Source: Candidatus Latescibacterota bacterium (GTDB lineage Bacteria; Latescibacterota; UBA2968; UBA8231). From it: DNA of 64,000 nt. Below the pieces are notes generated by a model. It did no database searches and was not told the origin of the DNA. It saw nothing but the letters and a program-made list of their open reading frames with translations. Both the position numbers and the translations under genes were made by a program. Positions 36,801-45,897 of this stretch are shown piece after piece (position 1 is the stretch's first letter; each line of letters opens with the position of its first letter). Where the stretch lies: assembly GCA_965200315.1 (NCBI GenBank), contig OZ241362.1:3904001-3968000 (forward strand), given 5' to 3'.

Positions 36801-36953
36801 AATTCTCAATACTTCGGTTACATCATTTCTACTAACGCGGGCATCGGTCGCCGTGTCAAGAAATTCGACGACCCAACTCGAGGCGAGATAAAAGACGAAG
36901 ATTTCACCTCCGCTTTTATTAATGTAATCCTAGGATTCGTAGATGAAACCTGA
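33831..36953 (+). CDS. Large exported protein, putative beta-barrel (paralog 3)
   Basis: Signal peptide TFA-Q; VEDNDDNDRYPD, DEDRDG, DLNHND; ends AFINVILGF; start uncertain. Confidence 0.7.
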   Translation: MFKMVFRVLRNISNATKILRLGACGLALLLFLCTGTFAQELEDSPEHPRLGPPRLLLDQPYIGQFGQEYYQNYGFEDYSRQPPTTSNLRNFYNSLGDPLLYGTESIRWVERHGLGVRRGFSSQSEGFSHGQAPGSSYGSLFNYVIVGTDGTDAWQARAIYANELRSKFTPLTFKMANVDGLRIDVGTEQDKFSAIASNLVPNNTFIVNTMMLGTHYERKLGFLNFGTTFLNAHQFEPRMESGHRTLKGVVGAVQRSTALVAIRISDGSPQDGRGGPVLHGVKVFVNGVHRPEAKPFVIRLRRRGAERQSYMAGLLRSGDRRPLPELDNDYQAINRGAVWNTYDPYINYASFDTDVFYRGYEFPFWIDHLFYRDFKLYGADHVLNADEEISVNSEFAHELSEFDPTTNPEGQFFGLHSLADLPQTFDGEEYGILYVDLEPFQEQITSVNIELELANDYHVEVSEIDLSGEAGDTPNPNYRDRYNYATFFRTVATTPGNPQDGRVRTVRVKVGAPTGLSIYSTNVYGVLKGFEINGEFSRSNSFYQYASGMPAPRVPSEALSVNALNREQFPGTRSTIADNAYYLTIKRDFDRLGLGAELFSMGALYNTELRTYIGRSENNFGSLVAYNNVYLHRLVEDNDDNDRYPDSWYTNRPTIFQGQSDIDGIFPGLDEDRDGIPDTNRNFNGTPDYLEPFLMYDSDPQIYDYGLDLNHNDFIDVRENDIQPDLPYDPGLRGRHLYGTFEPIHRARITLGVMDAEQIAANDPSDFYYGNLGYERQIPALGQFFGVLSVERVEDGVADPLSIYSDEVLTPAQQLEREFAGLQRNIQLSPFLEEPRDDPLLFKNSTYTRMFVDARWKAVPNLKIHNKVKYEINSQHEGELYDGTFQEGNRLSRLTMVHKADYLWQIRSRLSLFSGLKFRYLKEWQKTNDLAMAQERHIIPLLKLQYELTLRTRFQLGIQGLGMALPYSVTNEIQPINNFEQYDVMLMITNNSQYFGYIISTNAGIGRRVKKFDDPTRGEIKDEDFTSAFINVILGFVDET

Positions 36954-36978
36954 TCGGCAATTTGGGAGATAACGCGCT

Positions 36979-39900
36979 ATGAATCTGACCCTAATCGTAG
37001 GCCTGCTCACTATAGCCGGAGCATATTTTGCTGCCCGTACGCCGAGCGAAGAAGAACTGGTGGCCTCATTTCAAGAAGCCCAGCGGTTCTATGCCGAAGG
37101 TGCCTATGACCAAGCCATTGCAGAGTACACAGCCGTCACCCGGGTGCAGAGCAAGGTCCTAGCTGTACAGAATATAGAGGTAATAGTAGGTGAGGAGCGT
37201 TTCTCCCTCAGAGATGCTGCGTTCTATCAAATCGGTAACGCCCATTCAAAGCTCTATCAGGACTACACTCGCTTTGCCGAAGAGAGCCCTAATGTCGAAA
37301 AAAGGGCCGAGTACCAAGTCCTGTCAGACAGTACTTTTGCCCGGGCTGTGGCCGAGTTCCGCCACGTGATCGAAACAGCTACCAGTCAGGTGCTCCGGAT
37401 TCGAGCCCACAGCCGACTCATTGATCTTTTCTTTACGGCTAAAGCCTATCCCAAAGTGATCGCTACATCTCAGGAGATGATCGCCAATTATCCCAACAGT
37501 TCTCAAATCGTAAATGCCTACTACAATACGGGATGGGCCTACTACGAGACCAAAAATTATGATCGCGCCGTCCAATCTTTTGAGGCCCTGCTGTTGCGCT
37601 TTTCTACCGGCTACCAGTCCGATCGCAGCCTTTTTCAAATTGGCGAGTGTCATCGGGAGCGGGGAGACTGTCTGCAGGCTATCGACTACTACCGCCGCTT
37701 AGTGGAGCGTCAGCGCATCGAAGCGCTCACTGAAGATGAGCTGTTGCAGATGAAGCGGGAAAAAATGGCCGGTCTGGTGGATGAGACAGCCTTGGAATTG
37801 GCGGCCAAGGCCATGATTCGCGTTGGCACCTGTTACGCCCAGCTAGGCAGTTTCGAGGAAGGGCTCCAAGCCTATCACCGCGTCATTGACTTGTTCAGCA
37901 CCGAGCGCAGTCTGGTAGAAGAAGCCTATTTGCGCATGGCCGACCTGTATCGGGAACAGGGGAATCTAGACGCCGCGCTACAGACCTATCGCGAGGCCAT
38001 CGATCAGTCGCAAGATCGCACTCTAAAAGCGCGCATCCAGTATGCTCTTGCTGAACGCCTGTTTAGTCAGGGGCTTTACGAGCAGGCGATTCAAGAATAC
38101 CGGATTTATCTCCAAGGCTACGGCGATATCGCGCAGGTGGTAGGTTTTAGCCAAGATCGCGTACGCTACCGAATTGGCAGCAGCCATCAACAGTTGGGTC
38201 AACAGTATCTGGAGGCGGGCAATAGACCAGCGGCCACTGGGCAGTTAGGGTACGCTATTGCCCAGTACGACACCTTGTACGACGCTGCTAGTTCTTACGT
38301 CCTAGACTCCCAGTTCAACCGCGCCCTAGCCCATCAAGCATTAGCCACCACTTCATCGGTGGCGCACGCCCGCACCGCGTACGAAACGATTATCCAAGAG
38401 GACGAAGAAGCAAGATATACTCAACGAGCACTAGTGCAACTAGCCGAACTGCTGTTTGAGCAGGGCCAGTACGCCGCCGCCGCCGAACGGGCTGAGCAGT
38501 TATTGCGCACTTATGTAAACAGTGAATTCACCAACGAAGCCCTGATGCGCTTGGCTCTTTCCCGTCAAGCCGAAGGGGATCTGGATCGAGCTGGCGTCGC
38601 CTTCCTGCGAGTCGCTTCGGAGTCGCCTTATTTCGTCCAAGCGCGTATCGGTGGCGGGCATGTCTTTTTGACACAGGGCAAGTACTCTGAGGCCATAGCT
38701 GCCCTCGAACCGGCTTTTGACCAAGTGGAGGATGAGAAACAGCTTGGCAGCTACCACTATTTGCTGGGACAGGCTTATAGCGGACAGGAGGAAGATCGTC
38801 GGGCGATCACTCATTTTACCGAGGCTTTGGGACTATCGCTAGACAGCAAACTGGTAGAGGCCCTCCACTTGAGTCGCAGCAATACCGCCTTTGCCTTGGA
38901 GGACTACCAACAAGGCGAGCAAGATCTGAACTGGATCATTGAGAACGTAGAGGATGAGGAAAAAGTTCGCTTCGCCCGCAATGCGCTAGCGTTTTCTTAT
39001 ATCAAACAGAACCGAGGTGGAGATGCGGTCCAAGTGTTGGATGAAATGGTCGCCCAAGCCGATGGCCCAAAGGAAAAGGCGGACCTGCTCAATCGCATGA
39101 TGGATCTCCACTACGACCAAGACAACTACCCGCAGACAGTGCGCACAGCCCGGCAACTGCTGGCTCTGGACTTTGCCGACGAAAGTGCCTCCGGCCCGAA
39201 CGGCATTAAGGAGAAAGCCTATTTCATTTTAGGGGACGCATTGTTGCGTTTGGGCCAGAACGCAGAGGCTATTGACGTTTTTAATCAAGCACTGAACGCA
39301 TATCCGAATTCTCGCTTTGCCCAGGATATGCAGTTGGCTCTCGGTACGCACTATTTTTCTCAGGGAGAGCTCGACCGAGCCGTAGAGATATTTACCCAGT
39401 TGAAGGGCATAGAACAGACTTCGGAGAAAGCCCTGTTGGTTTCTTTTTATTTAGCCAACGCCCATTATAGCCTACGTGAATTCGCCCAAGCGCAGGTGCT
39501 TTTCCAGCAGCTATTAGCAGATTACCCCAATGTACGCGAACTGCCCGATATTCTTTTCGGCCTAGCAGAGAGTTTGTACCAACAAGGTCAATACGCAGAG
39601 GCCATAGTCTATTACCAGCGCCTCCTCGGCAACTTCCCGGACGAGCCTTCCGCCGACGACGCCCAGTACAATATGGCTTGGTGTCTTATCGAGCTTAAGC
39701 GAGAAGATCAGGCCATGCAGGCATTTCGCACGCTGCTAGCGCGTTATCCCCAGAGCGAGTTCTCCGCTTCAGTCCAGTTCACCTTCGGGGATTACGCGTA
39801 TAATCGCGGCGACTACCAAGAGGCAATGCGGTTATATTTACTCGTCCAAGAACGTTTTCCCACTGCTGAGGTGGCATCTCAGGTGCCCCGCTTGGTAGCC

Positions 39901-40221
39901 GAACTCAGGGAGGCAATCGCGTATGAACGCTACGAACAGGGCATCGCCCTGATGGACTCGGCCGAAGTGACCAAGGAGACTCAGTACTATCAGCAGGCCG
40001 TGGAGATTTTCCAAGATGTGATCGACAACTATCCCAGCACCGAGAGCGAGGTCGGCGCGCTGAGCAATATGGGCGTATGCTTGGAAGGGTTGGGGAAATG
40101 GCAGCAGGCCGTAGAAGTGTACGACCGCGTAATTCAATTATTCGAGGATAAACGCGCCACTAGGGATGCCTTTCTATTTGCCCAATCCCACCGGGATTGG
40201 ATCATCTCCACCCGGCTCTGA
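36979..40221 (+). CDS. Large tetratricopeptide-repeat protein with N-terminal hydrophobic anchor
   Basis: Repeated TPR consensus (AYYNTGWAYY, SLFQIGECH, AYFILGDAL, LFGLAESLY, YP.S) throughout 1080 aa. Confidence 0.9.
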   Translation: MNLTLIVGLLTIAGAYFAARTPSEEELVASFQEAQRFYAEGAYDQAIAEYTAVTRVQSKVLAVQNIEVIVGEERFSLRDAAFYQIGNAHSKLYQDYTRFAEESPNVEKRAEYQVLSDSTFARAVAEFRHVIETATSQVLRIRAHSRLIDLFFTAKAYPKVIATSQEMIANYPNSSQIVNAYYNTGWAYYETKNYDRAVQSFEALLLRFSTGYQSDRSLFQIGECHRERGDCLQAIDYYRRLVERQRIEALTEDELLQMKREKMAGLVDETALELAAKAMIRVGTCYAQLGSFEEGLQAYHRVIDLFSTERSLVEEAYLRMADLYREQGNLDAALQTYREAIDQSQDRTLKARIQYALAERLFSQGLYEQAIQEYRIYLQGYGDIAQVVGFSQDRVRYRIGSSHQQLGQQYLEAGNRPAATGQLGYAIAQYDTLYDAASSYVLDSQFNRALAHQALATTSSVAHARTAYETIIQEDEEARYTQRALVQLAELLFEQGQYAAAAERAEQLLRTYVNSEFTNEALMRLALSRQAEGDLDRAGVAFLRVASESPYFVQARIGGGHVFLTQGKYSEAIAALEPAFDQVEDEKQLGSYHYLLGQAYSGQEEDRRAITHFTEALGLSLDSKLVEALHLSRSNTAFALEDYQQGEQDLNWIIENVEDEEKVRFARNALAFSYIKQNRGGDAVQVLDEMVAQADGPKEKADLLNRMMDLHYDQDNYPQTVRTARQLLALDFADESASGPNGIKEKAYFILGDALLRLGQNAEAIDVFNQALNAYPNSRFAQDMQLALGTHYFSQGELDRAVEIFTQLKGIEQTSEKALLVSFYLANAHYSLREFAQAQVLFQQLLADYPNVRELPDILFGLAESLYQQGQYAEAIVYYQRLLGNFPDEPSADDAQYNMAWCLIELKREDQAMQAFRTLLARYPQSEFSASVQFTFGDYAYNRGDYQEAMRLYLLVQERFPTAEVASQVPRLVAELREAIAYERYEQGIALMDSAEVTKETQYYQQAVEIFQDVIDNYPSTESEVGALSNMGVCLEGLGKWQQAVEVYDRVIQLFEDKRATRDAFLFAQSHRDWIISTRL

Positions 40222-40240
40222 GTAGGAAGGTCGCATAACA

Positions 40241-40807
40241 ATGGAAATGCGTTTCAAACAGCGCTGGCACTTGGTTATTCTAAGTAGCGTCTTGATGCTG
40301 GCCTCCAGCCAGCGTCTCCATGCCCAAGTAGGGACGGATAACCAGCCCAAGGCGGCCTCAAGCGATATATCCCATCCTCGGGTCGTCGCTCTTTCGGTCG
40401 CCTTTCCAGGTTTGGGACAACTGGCTGCAGGGCATCGAGTCAAGGGTACGGCCCTAGTGGCAACCGGTATCGCAACCATAGTGGGGTGGCTCACCTCGCA
40501 CGCCGATTACAATACGCAGGCCAATCAGTTCGCCTTAGAAAAAGAACGCTATCTTTCGCTGCAAAACGGGGGCTCCTTTGACGCGGCGGAAAAAAGCTGG
40601 CGACGACTCGATAATTTAAAATCCGATCTGGACGGTTCCCATATCCAGCGCCGCTTATTCGGCGTCCTAGCCGTGGGTATTTACGGCTACAATTTGCTCG
40701 ATGTCCTACTGTTAGATGGAGCGTCTCCTGCTGCGAAGCGGCGAATGCGCGTCGCGCCGTTGCCACAGACCGGAACATCAGGCGTCTTACTGGTTGCCCA
40801 GTTTTAG
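40241..40807 (+). CDS. DUF5683-like exported/membrane protein
   Basis: SVAFPGLGQL...KG motif and IYGYNLLD; ends in F. Confidence 0.6.
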   Translation: MEMRFKQRWHLVILSSVLMLASSQRLHAQVGTDNQPKAASSDISHPRVVALSVAFPGLGQLAAGHRVKGTALVATGIATIVGWLTSHADYNTQANQFALEKERYLSLQNGGSFDAAEKSWRRLDNLKSDLDGSHIQRRLFGVLAVGIYGYNLLDVLLLDGASPAAKRRMRVAPLPQTGTSGVLLVAQF

Positions 40808-40832
40808 CATCTGGCCTAGGGAGAAACTGGAT

Positions 40833-41204
40833 ATGGAAACCCGATTTTATCTTTTACTCGGTCTGCTGATCTGGGGATGTAGCAACGATACTGAGCTACC
40901 TATACAGTACCACCGAGGACATCTTGCTCAGCCTACCATTGTGGAAGCGGTAGCCGAAGAAGGCAAGATCGTAGTTTCATGGGATTTGGATTCAGCAGCT
41001 AATGTGTCCGGTTTTGTTATTAGCTTCACCGATTCGATTGGAGTCGTGCAAACGCGCTCGTTGGAAGATGCAGAGGCAAGGTCCTATGAGGAGACAGACC
41101 TAGATCTGAGCCCAAGAGTCTGGTATCTGATCCAAGTGTGGGCGGTAGATTCCCGCCTGTTTTTCGGACCGCGTTCGGCAGTAGATACGTTGGCGGTTTT
41201 TTAG
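40833..41204 (+). CDS. Lipoprotein with fibronectin type III-like domain
   Basis: Lipobox IWG-C; VSWD...GFVI...Y.E.DL...YLIQVWAVD. Confidence 0.7.
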   Translation: METRFYLLLGLLIWGCSNDTELPIQYHRGHLAQPTIVEAVAEEGKIVVSWDLDSAANVSGFVISFTDSIGVVQTRSLEDAEARSYEETDLDLSPRVWYLIQVWAVDSRLFFGPRSAVDTLAVF

Positions 41205-41245
41205 GCAGCTTCTTCCGAGCATGAACTTAGCAGGAGTGGCGTAGT

Positions 41246-42481
41246 ATGGTCTCAGCTCTAGGCCGTTTTCAAGCGCCAAGTGATCAGTTAAACTTTAACC
41301 GCTTCCTGCGGGAAACCTTCAAATACACCGTCTGGGGGTTACTCATCGGTGCGGGACTGATCGCCGGGGCCTTCGTCTATTGGGTATTGAGTGTCGAGGA
41401 ACGCGACGCACCGGAACCGGCGTTGACCCGACTCATCATTCGCAAACCTAGGGCGACCAAGACTTTTGCGCTCAAACGTCAACGGCTCAGGCCACGGGCA
41501 CTCACCAAGCAGGTCACGGCACTCAAGCCACGGCTGTCCGCGGCGGCGGCTCCACGCCTCAAAGGCTCCAGTGTTTTCGGCAATGTACAGACGTTTGAAT
41601 ACGCCCTGCAGACAGACGTGCCAATCAACCTGAAGACCAGCTCTATCGAATTGTCCGCCGCCAAAATCACCGGCACCAAAGATCCGGAAAAGCGCATTGC
41701 CATGCGCGAGGAATTGATCGATCTGAACGCGCTGGATACAGGCAAATACAAGGGGCTTATCATCCAAGATCCGACTGACCGCCGCAAAGTCAAGGGGTTC
41801 GTCTATTTGGGTACGGCTTGGGCCAACGACCTGAAGCCAACTTTTGACAGCGCTGCCAAGGCGATCCCCAATCTAGTCGACGCCCTCAACGAACAGACGG
41901 GCATCTCGGCCAGAGTAGACGCGCATTTATTTCTCGATTCCCAAGAACTGTTTCGCACGCCTTTTGTGTACATCACCACCACTGAGGCTTTTGAGCTGAC
42001 GGAACGCGAACTAGAGAATCTGGGAGAATATTTGCGGCGGGGCGGGTTCATCTTCGTCGACAATGCCAACCCCACCACAGAATTCAGTCAGGGGGAGGCG
42101 TCTTTGCGACGCATCTTTCGCGGGGCTTTAGGGGCACAAGGCCAACTGCGGCCCATTTCCAATAACCATCCGATCTACCATACCTTTTACGATTTTGACG
42201 GCCCGCCGGTCGGCTCTGAACTAGAGATTCCCAGCTTCTCCGAACAGCGTAGCCTTGATCACTTAGTCATCGCCGAGCAATCGTATTACCTAGAGGGTGT
42301 CTTCCTAGAAGATCGCCTAGTAGCCATGTACTCCGACAAGGGATACGTCCACACTTGGGCGCGCAATTACGGTAATGAACCACAGCTTCGATTTGGCATC
42401 AACGCCGTTATTTTTGCCCTGACGCAGGAAGGCTCCATCGCCCAGCAGCAGATTGATTTCTTCAGTCAGCGGGGCCAATAA
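41246..42481 (+). CDS. Membrane-anchored DUF4159-domain protein
   Basis: N-terminal TM helix, basic linker, then PFVYIT, ENLGEYLRRGGFIFVD, HPIYHTFYDF, RFGINAVIFALTQ. Confidence 0.8.
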   Translation: MVSALGRFQAPSDQLNFNRFLRETFKYTVWGLLIGAGLIAGAFVYWVLSVEERDAPEPALTRLIIRKPRATKTFALKRQRLRPRALTKQVTALKPRLSAAAAPRLKGSSVFGNVQTFEYALQTDVPINLKTSSIELSAAKITGTKDPEKRIAMREELIDLNALDTGKYKGLIIQDPTDRRKVKGFVYLGTAWANDLKPTFDSAAKAIPNLVDALNEQTGISARVDAHLFLDSQELFRTPFVYITTTEAFELTERELENLGEYLRRGGFIFVDNANPTTEFSQGEASLRRIFRGALGAQGQLRPISNNHPIYHTFYDFDGPPVGSELEIPSFSEQRSLDHLVIAEQSYYLEGVFLEDRLVAMYSDKGYVHTWARNYGNEPQLRFGINAVIFALTQEGSIAQQQIDFFSQRGQ

Positions 42482-42489
42482 GAGAGGTA

Positions 42490-43248
42490 ATGGCCATGCC
42501 TTTGAGAATTATTCTAATGTTATTCGCGTCCGGCTGTAGCTTTTTTATTCCGCCGACCATTCTGTACAAAAACGAGTTGACACCCCGTTCTTCCCAAGGC
42601 GCGGAGAAGCAGTATATCGTGGGTGAAGACGGATCGGTCGCGTATGCCATAGAGGGGCTGCGCGTCAAGGTGGAATCGATGACGGACGACCAATTGAATG
42701 CACTGTTGCCCGAGGATTCAAGCAAAGGGAAATTCTCGACAAATCCCTACACCTACGGCAATTGGATTGCTCCACTATTGGGTTACCGGCCCAAACGTTT
42801 TACGGTTTTTCGCGTTACGGTTATCAACGATATCTATGCCAAAGTTCTGCTCGATCCGATCAAAGCGTTGCTCTATACCGATCAGGGCGAAGTTCTGCAC
42901 TCCTATGGTCTGCCGTCTTTTTCGCCGCACAAAAGTTTTGAGCGCTACTACCGGGCCATTCGCGGTCAGAGCGGTAACGAATTCTATCGCTTTGACTTGC
43001 GCATGGGCAATGCGCGTAGCACGGCCTATATAGAAAACCAAAAGGTGTTCAAAGGAGAAAAATATTCGGGACTCATCGCCTTCGATCCACTGAACGAGGA
43101 AGTCCGCCAGGTGCGCCTAGTGCTCAAAAATTTTGTCCTGAAATTCGACGCCTCTGGACAGCCGCTGGAAACCGTGGATATCGCCCTCGAGTTCGATCAA
43201 AAAATTGCAACCGAGAAAGTCCGGCAAGCTGAGACAACAGGCAGGTAG
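42490..43248 (+). CDS. Putative lipoprotein
   Basis: Lipobox ASG-C; in operon, SD GAGAGG. Confidence 0.7.
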   Translation: MAMPLRIILMLFASGCSFFIPPTILYKNELTPRSSQGAEKQYIVGEDGSVAYAIEGLRVKVESMTDDQLNALLPEDSSKGKFSTNPYTYGNWIAPLLGYRPKRFTVFRVTVINDIYAKVLLDPIKALLYTDQGEVLHSYGLPSFSPHKSFERYYRAIRGQSGNEFYRFDLRMGNARSTAYIENQKVFKGEKYSGLIAFDPLNEEVRQVRLVLKNFVLKFDASGQPLETVDIALEFDQKIATEKVRQAETTGR

Positions 43249-43253
43249 TTCCA

Positions 43254-44177
43254 TTGCGTTCGCTAATCATTTTATTCTTTTGCACTTGGGTAGGTGCGCT
43301 CGATACGGCAGTCGCTGCCGAGAGGCCGCTTTCGGCTCTGCGCCTTGCCCTGCTCGATTTTGAGGACCGAGCCGGTTTTCAGGCGGAATGGCATTTATCT
43401 AAGGATGTGCCCGATTTGCTAGGTCGCTATCTGGATGCAGACGATGCGGTCTTTGTCATTCCACCAAAAGAAGTCGAGGCCGTGCAACAGAACAAACAGT
43501 TTAAAAAATACTACGGCATTGACCGAGCCGTGCGGCTAGGGCAATTCTTAGACGCCGACGTGGTCATTACCGGCGTCGTGGAGAAAATGGGCATGCGCCG
43601 CGTTTCCGTAGGAAACCCCAATCTGGCTGGCTACAAATCCTACAATTCAGTGATCCACCTCAGCCAAATGCAGCTAATCAGAGTAGCGACCGGAGAAATT
43701 GTCGAGACCTTTAAAACACTCAGGGACTCCACGGAAAAATCGTACGGCCTAGATCTGTTCGGCCGACCGCGCAAACAGGATCGGGCATTCCGCGAACTCT
43801 TCACGGTTGACTTCGGTTCCGAGCGTTTTTTTGAATTGGCCTTTGGCAAGCTCGTCGATGTCGCCTTCAGAGACCTCAGCAGCCAGATGATTACGAGTCT
43901 GACGGAGCGCCCCCCCATCGACCTTTCCGGCGCACAGGCCCAAGTCCTAGCGGTTGAGGCCGACGAGGTGTATCTAGGCATCGGCATCTTGGATCGCGTC
44001 GAGTACGGCGATGTCCTACCGCTGTACGACAAAGAGGTCCGAATCGCTCTAGTCAGGGTGCATCAGCTTATCGGGCCGCACTTGTGCAAGGCCGAGGTCT
44101 TGGAGAAATTTGGCGTCATAGATGCCGGTTTGCGCATAGGACAGCGCTTATCTAGAAACGCCAAAGAAGACAACTAG
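43254..44177 (+). CDS. Exported CsgG/FlgT-like protein
   Basis: Signal peptide; LALLDFED, AVRLGQFLDADVVITG, LIRVATGEI; C-terminal VLAVE...VYLGIG...GD beta domain. Confidence 0.6.
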   Translation: MRSLIILFFCTWVGALDTAVAAERPLSALRLALLDFEDRAGFQAEWHLSKDVPDLLGRYLDADDAVFVIPPKEVEAVQQNKQFKKYYGIDRAVRLGQFLDADVVITGVVEKMGMRRVSVGNPNLAGYKSYNSVIHLSQMQLIRVATGEIVETFKTLRDSTEKSYGLDLFGRPRKQDRAFRELFTVDFGSERFFELAFGKLVDVAFRDLSSQMITSLTERPPIDLSGAQAQVLAVEADEVYLGIGILDRVEYGDVLPLYDKEVRIALVRVHQLIGPHLCKAEVLEKFGVIDAGLRIGQRLSRNAKEDN

Positions 44178-44209
44178 AACTCTTCTCTTGCCAACAAGGA
44201 GCAGTAGCA

Positions 44210-44956
44210 ATGTGGGAAATAATTCAAAGTGGCGGTCCGATGATGGTTCCCCTCATCGCCTGTGCTATTCTGGCCATTGCCTATTCGATTGAACGCCTGT
44301 GGATTTTCAGTCAATTGCCCACGCCGGAAGAAGCCCAAAGTGAGCTCGACCGGCTCGAGACCGCGCTGCGCAACGGCGGGGAACAGGCCGTCGTGGAAGA
44401 GTGCAACCAAGGCAAAGGGCTGCTCAATTACGTCTTTGCTTCTCTGCTGAAACGATACGATACGCTGGTGATCGAACAGCGGGAATTCAAAGAGACCAAC
44501 GAGGAGATCATCCGTCTGGCCGACGCCGGCGGCGGTGGGCAGGTGAGCCGGTTTATGGTGATGCAGCGGGAACTGGCCGATCTCAAAGACGAGTTGGTCA
44601 TTCAGACCGAGGCCGCCGCCCGGGCCTATTTGGGTAAAAATCTGGCGATCCTGAATACCATCGGCAATATAAGCCCTTTGCTGGGCTTGCTCGGCACCAT
44701 TATGGGGATGATCATCGCCTTTGAGTCTATCGCCACCGCCGGTGCCGGCGACCCGAAAGTCGTGGCCGGCGGTATTTCCCAAGCCTTGGTCACGACCGCA
44801 TCGGGGCTGATCGTCGCCATCCCAACGATTGTATTGTACCGCTATCTGGCGCGCAAAGCAGACAATTTACTTGAAGATGCCGAGATGTATGGGCATGCCT
44901 TTGCCAATGCTCTGATTACTGCAGGCCAGCGCCAACAATACGAAACGACAGATTAG
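44210..44956 (+). CDS. exbB: MotA/TolQ/ExbB proton channel family protein
   Basis: GGPMMVPL, SPLLGLLGTIMGMI, GGISQALVTTASGLIVAIP. Confidence 0.92.
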   Translation: MWEIIQSGGPMMVPLIACAILAIAYSIERLWIFSQLPTPEEAQSELDRLETALRNGGEQAVVEECNQGKGLLNYVFASLLKRYDTLVIEQREFKETNEEIIRLADAGGGGQVSRFMVMQRELADLKDELVIQTEAAARAYLGKNLAILNTIGNISPLLGLLGTIMGMIIAFESIATAGAGDPKVVAGGISQALVTTASGLIVAIPTIVLYRYLARKADNLLEDAEMYGHAFANALITAGQRQQYETTD

Positions 44957-44979
44957 CTCCTGCGGGAGGAGTGCATCCC

Positions 44980-45396
44980 ATGGCCAGACACCGCAAAGAT
45001 CGGCCCGAGAGCTTTCTGGCCGAAGGCGGGCCGGATATGACGCCGCTGATCGACTGCGTCTTTTTGCTGCTGATCTTCTTTATGGTAACCACAGTGTTTC
45101 TCCACACCAAAGGGTTGGAAGTGGACATGCCGGCCCAAAGCGAGGCCACAGAAGAAAAGAAGAAAGATATCAACGTCTTGCTAGACCGCGACGGCAAAAT
45201 TCAAATCAAGGGCGAGGACGTGCTGCCAGCGACCTTGGCGGCTCGGCTGGTCACGGCCATGGAAGAGGCCAATAACGAGAATATCATCATTCAGGCCGAC
45301 GGCGAGTGCGCTCAGAAACACGTAGTGTTTGTGGTGGATAAAGCCAAAGAGGTCGGGGTTGAGGGCATCGCTTTTGTGCGGGAACGGGAGGAATGA
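44980..45396 (+). CDS. exbD: ExbD/TolR family protein
   Basis: MTPLIDCVFLLLIFFMVT, IIQAD. Confidence 0.92.
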   Translation: MARHRKDRPESFLAEGGPDMTPLIDCVFLLLIFFMVTTVFLHTKGLEVDMPAQSEATEEKKKDINVLLDRDGKIQIKGEDVLPATLAARLVTAMEEANNENIIIQADGECAQKHVVFVVDKAKEVGVEGIAFVREREE

Positions 45397-45506
45397 GTCC
45401 GATGCCTAGGCGCAAAGCCCTATACGAAGAGCAAGAACTTAATATGACGCCGCTGATCGACTGCGTCTTTTTGCTGCTGATCTTCTTTATGGTAACCACA
45501 GTGTTT
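45035..45506 (+). repeat. 65-bp exact direct repeat shared by the two exbD genes (45035-45099 and 45442-45506)
   Basis: ATATGACGCCGCTGATCGACTGCGTCTTTTTGCTGCTGATCTTCTTTATGGTAACCACAGTGTTT is identical in both. Confidence 0.9.
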
Positions 45507-45809
45507 AAGCAACCCTATAGCCTTCAAGTCGTATTGCCCGAAGCGCAACAGGCTCAGATTGTCGAAGAGAAGAAACTAGTGGCGACGATCACCCAAGACG
45601 GCCGCATGGAGATCAACCGCCATCTGGTGACCTTGGACAATTTGGAGCAGATCCTTTTGCGGGAAAAAGAAGGCACCCGGAGTTTGACGCTAGTAGTGAG
45701 GACCGATCAGGAAACCCCACATAAGTACCTATTGGATCTCTTTGAGGTGGCCAAGCGCGTAGGCATTGAAAAAATACCGCTGGCGACAGAAGACTTGCAA
45801 AAAAAATAG
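45393..45809 (+). CDS. exbD: ExbD/TolR family protein (second copy)
   Basis: NMTPLIDCVFLLLIFFMVT, VVRTD; ATGA overlap with the upstream gene. Confidence 0.92.
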   Translation: MSPMPRRKALYEEQELNMTPLIDCVFLLLIFFMVTTVFKQPYSLQVVLPEAQQAQIVEEKKLVATITQDGRMEINRHLVTLDNLEQILLREKEGTRSLTLVVRTDQETPHKYLLDLFEVAKRVGIEKIPLATEDLQKK

Positions 45810-45897
45810 TTTGGCAGCGAACCGCCACGGCGAATAGATCCCCGGCAAACGCCCACAGCAGCCATCCCACCCCATCTGAATAAGTGTAGCCTTTGCC

